Shown here in pieces: positions 40,201 to 49,200 of a stretch of 54,757 bases of DNA. The stretch comes from Chthoniobacteraceae bacterium (GTDB lineage Bacteria; Verrucomicrobiota; Verrucomicrobiia; Chthoniobacterales; Chthoniobacteraceae), in NCBI GenBank assembly GCA_031409335.1, contig JANNWY010000059.1, positions 1 to 54,757 on the forward strand, given 5' to 3'. The position numbers and the translations under genes were made by a program. The notes beneath the pieces were generated by a model. The model worked only from the letters and a program-made list of their open reading frames with translations. It did no database searches and was not told where the DNA came from. Within the stretch, counting starts at the first letter, position 1. Each line of letters starts with the position of its first letter.

Positions 40201-43200
40201 CGTCGCCCGTGAAGGCAAGCGACGCCGCTTGCAGGGCAAGCGAACCCGCCTGCACGCTGGAGCTGAAGCTCGCCGCGCCCGTGACTCCCGCCTGCTGGGT
40301 GAAGACGCCGCCGACCGTGACCGCACCCTGATACTGCGCGGAGGACGCCGCCTGCACGGTGAGTCCGCCATCGACTTCGAGGGAGTTTTGGAAGGTGAGT
40401 CCGCGCGGCGTGTTGAAGGTCGCCGTCGTGCCGACATCGACCGGGCCGGTAAATTTGATCTCGCCGAGGGTGGCGCTGGTCGTGGCCGCGCTCAACGCAT
40501 TCGTCAGCGTGAAGCTGCTGGAGTTTGCCACGGTGATGCTTTCCGTCGCGGCGAGCGTCGAGGCATCTGCCGCGACCGTGCCTTGGAAGGTGATCGTGCG
40601 TGCGGTGACGTTGACCGGCCCGAGTGGCGCGGACACGGCGTTGGCCGCGCTGAACGCGCCCGAACCGACGTTCACCACGAGCCCCGCGGCGCCATTCAGC
40701 GTGGTGATTCCGCCGAGCAGCACGCCTGCCGAAGTCACGTTCAGCGAGGCCGCGGTGAGTTGCGTGAAAGTGCTCGTGCCAGTCCCGGCGATTTGCGTGA
40801 GCGCGCCTGTGAGCGTTGTGCTGGCCTGCATCGCGAAGGCATCGGCGCTCGTCACCGTGAGATCGTCGCCCGCGACCGGACCGATAAAAGTGATGTCGTC
40901 GAGCGATCGCACCGTGATGTCGGAGGTGTGCGAATTCACCTGCTGGCGGAAGACGATGTCGCCGCTCGCATTGGTCGTCTGGACGCTGAGACCCGCCGTG
41001 ACATCGACCTGTTGGTAGAAATCGACGAGCTGCTTCGCGACGATCGTGACGGCTGGCGCGCTGAGTTGGCCCTCGAACACCGCGCTGGTGAGCGTGCTGC
41101 CGCTTGCCGTGAAATTCGCGGAGAGCGAGACGCCGCTGTGGAATGTGGCCGCGCTCACGCCGGTCATCTGAATGTCCTCGGCAGTGAGCGTGCCATCCAC
41201 CGTGAAGGTCGCGCCCGCGGCGAGGATGAGATGTTTCACATTCACCGATCCTTCGAAACGAATGTTCGCCGCGCCGGTGATTTGCAGCGTGCTGAGTTGC
41301 GCCACGGAGCCGATCGCGCCCTTGATGGTCACGTCGTTCAGCGCGTTGAGGATGAGCGTTTCATCCGCGCCGCCCGCAGTGCCATCGAGGTCGAAGTTGA
41401 TATTGATCGCGCCGCCGCTGCTCGTCAGCGTTACGCTCTCGCCCTGGCGGACGACCGCGCTGTCGATGATGTCGATGTTGCCCGCGACGTTCTGATTGTC
41501 CAGCTCCGTGGTGTGGCCGCTGCCGAGGATCGTGAAGCTGCCGCCGTCCGTGATGGTGACGACGCCGGTCTGGTTTACATGGCCGCCGAGCACCGGATTT
41601 TGCAGGAGCACGGGGTCGGTGAAATTCGCGTCGCCGACGTTGATGAGATTGCGTCCGGTGGGCTGGCCGATGCGGATCGAGGCGAGGCCGTTCACGAGAT
41701 GGTTGATCTCGGATTGGTCGAGCGAAAATGTGCCGGAGACGTTGTTGCCGACGCTCATCACGGTGAGGTCGCCCTCGGGCCGGAGGAAGATCGCGCCGCC
41801 AGGGCTGCTGATGTCGGCGTCGATTTCGATCGAGTCGCTGGTCAGCGTGCCGTCGCCGCCGCCGAGCGCGATGGGCGAGGCGACGCGCAGTTCGCCCGCG
41901 TCGTTGAAGACGTTGAAAGTGCCGCCGGTCGTCTTGACACCTTCGATGCTTGCGATGGTGCCGATCGTCACGCCGTCGCTTTCACGCACGTTCACGAAAC
42001 CAGTGCCGGTCGTGTTTGCGGCGAGGATCGAGACGGTGGAATAGATCGGCGTCGCGAGCGTGCCGATGCTGCCATTCGTGCCGCGCAGCAGCAGCGAACC
42101 TTCGCTGGCGAGCACTTTGCCCGGATCGAGCGCGGTGCCGCCGGTGAGGATCGCGCCTCCGCTGGTGAAGAGATGCACGAGGCCCGTGCCGTCGCCAGTG
42201 AAGCCTGGACCCGACGAAGACATCACATCCTCGGTGATGACGATGTTCCCGCTGTTCACGAGCACGGTGACGTTGCCGTTGGCGTGCGCGTTGACGTTCG
42301 CCGCGATGTTCACGGCCTGCGTGGATTCCACGCGCACTTCGCCGGCGTCGATGGTGTTTCCAATCACGGCCTGGCGCGCGAGCAGTCGCACCTCGCCGGG
42401 CAGCGAGATCGCTTCGGCGATTTGCACGATGCTGCCGCCATTCGCCTTCGCATCGACGGTGAGATTTTCGATCCCGCCGGTGAAGTTCGCGCGCTGCGCG
42501 GGGGCCACGCCCTTCACGCCGGAGACGTAGAGATCGCCGACGTCGATGGTGTAGTCGCGACTCAGAGGGCGCACGGTCACGGTGTCGGAATCGTTCAGGC
42601 CCGTGCCGGTGTCGGCGATGGAGATCGGTGTGACGAGGCGTCCGAAGCTGACGATGTATTGATCGTTGCCGCCGTTGCCATCGACGCTCACCACGCTCGC
42701 GCCAGTCGCGGCGATGGTCGCCACGTCGTTGCCGCTACCGCCTTTCACACTCGTGATGTACGGCGCGGTGCTGTCGAAGCTGATCGCGTTGTTGCCCGAG
42801 CTGCCCTGCGCGCCGGTCGCGCTGATGTTCAGCGTGAGGTCTTTCGTCACGGCGGAGAAATCGAACGCGCCGCTGCCGGTCTGGGTGCCGTCGAAGAAGT
42901 CGTTCCCCCAATCGTTCGCAAACTTGTAGGTGTCCGCGCCGCCGCCGCCGTTCAGTGTGTCGTCGCCGAGCCCGCCGATGATGATGTCCGCGCCCGCGCC
43001 GCCGGTGATCGTGTCCGCGCCGTCGCCGCCATCGAGCGTGTTCGCGCCGCCGTTGCCGATGAGCGTGTCGTTGCCGGTGCCGCCGATGATGATGTCGTCG
43101 CCCGCGCCGCCCTCGAAGTAGTCGTCGCCCTCGCCGCCATTGAAAGTAATCGCCGTCGTGACGCCTGCGCCGACGATGAGCCGGTCGTCGCCCTTGCCGC

Positions 43201-46200
43201 CATTGAGGACGATGCGATCGACGCCGCTGAACGATTGCGACGTGCCCGTGTTGGTGAACGTCACGGTGATGTTGTTCCCCGTACCGGTGACGCGGAACTC
43301 TTCGCCCACGTCGCTCGTTGAGATGAAGTCGCGCTGGTTCGCACTTGGACCGGCGTTGAGCGTCAGGGTGCTTCCCGCCTTTGTGCCGAGGTCCGGCGTC
43401 ACATCTGGCGCGGAGAAAGTTTTGTCGAAAAGGGTGACGCGGGCGAACTCCCACTCCCACGCATTGTGCCAGCCGAACGGAGCCCAGAAATCCACGTAGG
43501 CCCGCGCGCCGACATCGCCGCGAAGCCTGATGCTGCCAAGGTTCAGCGGGCCGTAGCCGTTCGGATGCGTGAGCAGCGCGATCATTTCCGAGCCGCGCAC
43601 TTTGCCGTCGTTGTTCGGATCTTTCAGATCGAGATCGGCGCGCAACTCGAAGAATCCCTCAATGCCCGCCTCGATGATCGCCGCGTCGATCGCACCCGCG
43701 ATGCCGATGCGTCCGAAGAAGCCCGCTTCATACACATCCGCGCCAGTACCGTCGGCATTCGCGCGGTCGCTGACGAAGAAGCCATCGAGAATGTCCACCA
43801 CATCGCCGCTCGTGCGATACGTGTTGAAGCCCTTCGTGTCGAAGCCCACCGCGAAGTCCGCATACGCGGAAATGTTGCCGCTGAATTTGCCGACGAGCGG
43901 TCCCCAGATGCGAAATTTTTGCGACATCGACATGCCGACGGTGAGCCGCGGGATGTCGTAGGTGATGAGCGTCGCGTCCTGTCCCAGCAAGAGTTTGAAG
44001 GCTTCCGCAGGCTTGAGGATCGGGAAGCCAAAGCCGCCGCCGCTGACCGACGTGCTCTTCATGAACGCGTTCTTCGAGGCGGACGCGCCGGCCGGGAAAC
44101 TCACTGCGGTCGTCCCGGCGCTGCTCGTGTTCACGTTCTTCGCGCCATCCTTGGTCATCAAGGCGCTGCCGAGTCCCGCGAGATCGCCAAGCGGGATGAG
44201 AATGCTTTCGCCATCCGGCACCGCGGCGATGTCGGCGACGAGGCTGCGGATTTGCAGCGCAGCGTCGATGAAGCGGCGATCGACGTTGCCAAACTGCACC
44301 GCGAGATCGAGCACCGTGTAGTTGCGCCCCATGATGTCGGAGAGCACGGGGATGCGCGTTTGCAGCGCGTCGAGCACGGGGTCGAACGGTTTGATGACGT
44401 CGTTCACCTGCTTGACGATCGGCTTCAGAAAATCGCTCACGAAGCTGCCGAGATCGAGGTTCACGTTCGTGAAGGCGGCGGTCGGTGCGGTGACGGGCTG
44501 GCCGAGCTGGAAGGTCCAGTCGAGGCTGAAATCGGCGAGCAGCCGCGGGATCGCGGTGTTGCCGCCAACGCTTGCGGTGAGCTCGAGATTCACGTCGGCG
44601 ATGGCTTCGACTCCGGCGGTGATCGGCTTCACGGTGCCGCGCGAGAAAAGTTCCTTCACCGTCACGCGGCCAACCGTCCCGGCACCGGGGTCCGTGAGAT
44701 CGACGTAGAACGCGCCGCCGACGCTGCTGTATTTCTCCGGGAGCGGGCCAGCGCCGTCGGGGTCCACGAGTTTGTCCGCCGCGTCGAGCTGGAGGAAAAA
44801 GAGGCGGCCCGTGGCCACGAAAGGCGTATTGGGATCGGACGTGAGCACGGCGTCGAAGCCGAGCCTGAGTTCGTGCGCGACCGACGTGCCCGCGGCGAGC
44901 GTCGCGCCCGCGCCAGTGAAGTTCGCGGGCGGCGCACCATCGAGGTAAAAGAAATCCGTGACGCTGACGCCGAAGCCGAGGAACAATTCCCAGCCAGCGG
45001 TGATCGACGGGCTGCCGGTGATGTCGAGGTCGAGTCCGGGCAAGCCCCAGTCGATGTCGAGATTCGTGCCGAACGTGATGCCCTGGCCGAGGTGCAGATT
45101 GAATTGCACCGCGTCCTGGAGCTGCGGCGCGTCCGTGCCCTCGACCCAAATGGTGCCATCGAGTTTGCGGAACGTGAGCACGATGTCGTCCACCGTCACG
45201 CCGCCGACGCCGTTGTAATCTTTCAGGATTCCCAGCGCGAGGCCGACCGCGCCTTCGGTGTCCTTGGCGAAAAGATCGAACATGCCCTGCTGCAAAGTCG
45301 CGAGCATCGTGTCGCCCGCGCCGCGCAGTTTCGCGGTGAGATCGGCGATGAAGCCGGAGCGGAATTCTTCGATGAAGCCGGAGCCCGCGCGCAGTTGATC
45401 GCCGATGAGCGGGAGCTTCGTCGCCGTCTTGCCGGAGAGCAGGCGCGAGATCAGGCCGAGGCCGCTGTCCACGCCATCGAGCAGGATCGCAGGATCGCGC
45501 AGGAGCTGGATGAGGCCGGGGATTTCCGGGAGCAATCCGTCGAAGCTCGGCAGCGTGAGTTGCACACTGTCTTTGCGCACGAGCGGATTGCTGCTGAAGA
45601 GTTTCGTGACATCGGGCACCGTGATGACGATCGGTCCGGGAAGGTCGATGCTGCCGATGTCGGAGGTGATCGCGCCGGGAAGTGTCGCGATGATTTTCCC
45701 CGAGAAAGTCGGGCCGAAATACGTGCTGAGCGGCGTGCCGCCCGCGATGGCGGAGATCGCCGCGGGCAAATCGGTGATCGTGTTCACCGGGCCGAAATGC
45801 ACGGTCGCGAAATCGTTGTCCTGCAAGTCGTCGTCGGTCCAGGTGTCGAGCGGGCGGGGCACGAGCGGCTCGCCGTCGTTCTCCAAGTTGTCCTCGATGC
45901 CGTTGCCGTTGTCGTCGTCGAAGAGGCCGTCCTTGTCGAAGTTCACACTGCCATCGACGATCTGAAATCCGGCGGGGCCGAAGCTCGCGGTGATGTTCAG
46001 ATTTTGTCCGGTGACGCGCAGGCCGAGATCGACGCCGCTCGTGTCATACAGGACGAGGCTCGGCGTCGCGCCCGCACTAAAGTCGAGGCCGATGTCGAGC
46101 GAGAGTCCGGCATACGCGCCGAAGATGAGCGAGCCTTCCGCCGAGGCATCGAGGAAGCCGCCGAGCGAGAGCAGATCGGCGGGGATCACGCCGTTTGTGT

Positions 46201-49200
46201 AGCTCGCGAGCGTGGCGAGATCGAAGTCGAGGCCGTAGCTCGCGGAGAAGCTCGTCGAGATGCCGAGATGGATTTTGACGATCGAACCGTCCTCGAGCGT
46301 GAGGTCGAAATTTTCGTCCGGGATGCCAAGCAGCTCCTCGATCCGCGCCTCGACCGCGTCGAGCGCGCCAGCGGGATTGTTCTCGAGTTCGTTGATCGCG
46401 GCGACGAGCTGATCCGTGTAGGTGAAGATTTCGGAGACGCTCAGATTGATGAGCGGAATCTTGGTGTTGCCGAGGAAACTGAACTGCTCCGTCTTCGTGA
46501 GGAACTCCACGCCGAGCTTCACGCCCTCGTAGATTTCCTGCCACGAGGCGTTCGAGAAATTGAGGAGCTTCGTCGGGTCGAAGCCGTTGAAGGAGACCGC
46601 GAACGTCGGGCCGCCTGCGTTGAAAATATCCGTACCGGTGAGCACGACATCCGCGCTCGCGCCGACGCTGAGCAGGCCCGCGTCGATGTGCAGGCCGGAC
46701 ATCGTGGCGGTCGCGCTGCCGGTGAAAGTCGCATCGACGATTTCGCCGATCGTGCCGTCGCTGATCCGGTCGATGATTTCGGTCAGCTCGAATTGCGTGC
46801 GTGTGCCGTCGATGAGTTCGACGCCGACATCAATGGTGACGCTGCCCGCGAGGCCCGTGGTGGTGATGCCGATGAAGCCAATCTGCGCGGCAAGATCAAA
46901 GTCGCTGAGCGCAAGAGTGGCGCTCGCGTCGAGCGATGCGTTGTCGATGAAGAACTCGCCGCCGCGGCTGCGCGTGACGATCGGATCGGCACCAAAATTC
47001 AGCGTGGTCTGCGCCGCGGTGCTGACGGCGGTGACACTCATCTGGCGCGCGCCGTCTTCGGCGAGGAATTGCATCTGCGTGCCTGCGCCGTAGCGCGTGG
47101 CTTTCACATGACCGGCGAGCGAAGTCCCGGCGATGGCCGCATTCAGGTCTGCGAGCAGATCGGCCATCGTCGTATTCCCGGCCATGCTCGCCGTGGTCGC
47201 GGTGATCGTCACGGGCGCGCCGCCATCGAGCGCGATGGTGAAAGTCACGTCGGTTGCCGGAGAGACATCGAGCGTGGCCTGCGATTGACCGACCGCGGCG
47301 ACTGACGGCGCGGTGTTGATCGCGAGCTGGTCGGCCTCGAAGCCCATCGTCTCCGTCGTGCTCGTGCGCACGACGTGCAGATCGCGGAGCTGGAAGCTGC
47401 CGGTCTGTTCGAGCGTGAAAAATTCGATGCGATCCGAAGTGCCGCCGCTCTTCGCGATCAAGCGCGCATCGAGCTTCCCGGCGAGTCCCGGCACGAGCGC
47501 GATGGCAGCCTTCACATCCGTGAGCAGGTTTGCGGCGGTGGTGTTTGTTGTCGTGTCGGCGGCGGCGATCGTCAGCGTCCGCTCCACACCGTCGTCGAAG
47601 GAAATTTTGAAAACCGCATCCGCCGCGAGTTTGCCGTCCCACACATTGGCGTTGTTCGAGTCGGGCGAACCGTCCGCTTTCGTCCCGTAGCCATTCGGCG
47701 CAAAGCCGACCGGCGCGGTGATCGCGAGTTCCTCGAAGTCGTTCACATTCCCAAGGCCGATGCCGAGGTCGAACGAGCCGCCGAGCGTCGGCATGAGCGT
47801 GAGCGTCGGATTCGCGCCGACCGTCCGCAGATTCGCCCACCCGCTGAGATCGAACTCGAACCCAACCGGCAGCGTGATCGACGGCGCGAGGAACGAGTGC
47901 TGGAAATGCAGGATGATCGTCTCCGTCGCAATGTCGTAGCGCGCGCGGATTGGATCGTTCGTCGGATCGGCGTCGCCGTCGTCGATGCCGAGCGCGGTGA
48001 GCAGCAGCGGCACCATGTCGGTGAGCGTGCTGTAAGTGAGGCCCGTCTGGAGCGTGCTGCCCGCATCGGTGAGGCCCGCCGCGCTCGCGCTTTCGAGGCC
48101 GATCTGCTGGAAGCTCGTGCCCGGCACGCCCGCGACCATGAAGGATTTTCCATCCGCGCGGACGAGCTTCACTTTTCCACCGACCGCGACCGCGTCGATG
48201 CCGTGCGCGGTGAGTGCGGCGTCGAGATCGGCGGCAAGCGCGGTGGCGTCCGTGTTCGTGTCGGTGCTCGTCTTCGCGAGCGTGATCGTGACGGGGGCCG
48301 CGCCGTCGATGCTGAGTTGGAACTGCGCATCGGCGGAAATTTTTCCGTTCGTCGGCACGTCGAGCGGGAGCGTGACTTCGCTCGTCACGGCAGTGCTCGA
48401 TGGGACGAAGCCGATCGTTTTCAAAAGATACGTCGCGCCGAGCAGCGAGAAGTCGGGCGTGTCGTTCGCGTTCTTCGCCGCGATGCGCACGCCATTGTCG
48501 CCATGATTTTCCGCGATGAATTTCGACGTGGCACCTAGCGCCGTGTTGAGCGCGGTGACGAGTGCGGCCTTCGTCGCATACGTCGCCGCGGGGAGCACGA
48601 TCGGCTCCGCGCTGTCGCCATCGCCGAGCACGAGCGGCGCGTTCGCGGCGAGCGTGAATGATGCGAAGTCGCCCCGCAGCGCGACGTAGCTCAGGTCGTC
48701 CTGCAAATTGTCGCGCAGGTTTTTCGTGAAGAGCAGGCCGAAGTCGAAGGCGTTGCCGAGGTCCGCGTCGAGGAACGGAATGTTCACGTCGAAGACCGGC
48801 GCGTTGCGGAAATTCGACGCCCAATCGCCTGCCGCGATAATCAGATCGAGGATCGCCTCAGGGCCGACTTTGCCGAGGTTGAAGAGCTTGTCGAAATTTG
48901 CCGTCGTCGTATCGACCGTGGGCAGCGTCGTGAAAATATTGGCCGACGTGACCCGGAGTTTCGGATTCACGAACGTCGCGCCCGCTAGCTGAATATCGAG
49001 CGGCAGCTCGGCGGCGAACGTGCCCGTCGGCGTGAGGCCAAAAGTGACTTCGCCTGCGGTGTTGAGTTCCTCCAGCGTGTAGCGCCCGTCGCCCATCGCA
49101 TCCGTGATGGCGAGCGCGAGCGTCGCGCTGGCGTGGATTTCGCCATTCTCGATGTCCGCCGTGACGGGGCCGAGCGTGGCCGCGAGGTCGAAATCCGCGA

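Noticed and set aside
35729..48538. Very long plus-strand ORFs (e.g. 40067-43321, 43466-47305)
   Set aside because: They are antisense shadows of the GC-rich giant gene, Arg-rich and without motifs. The same applies to 6319-7866, 23095-25185 and 28723-30108.
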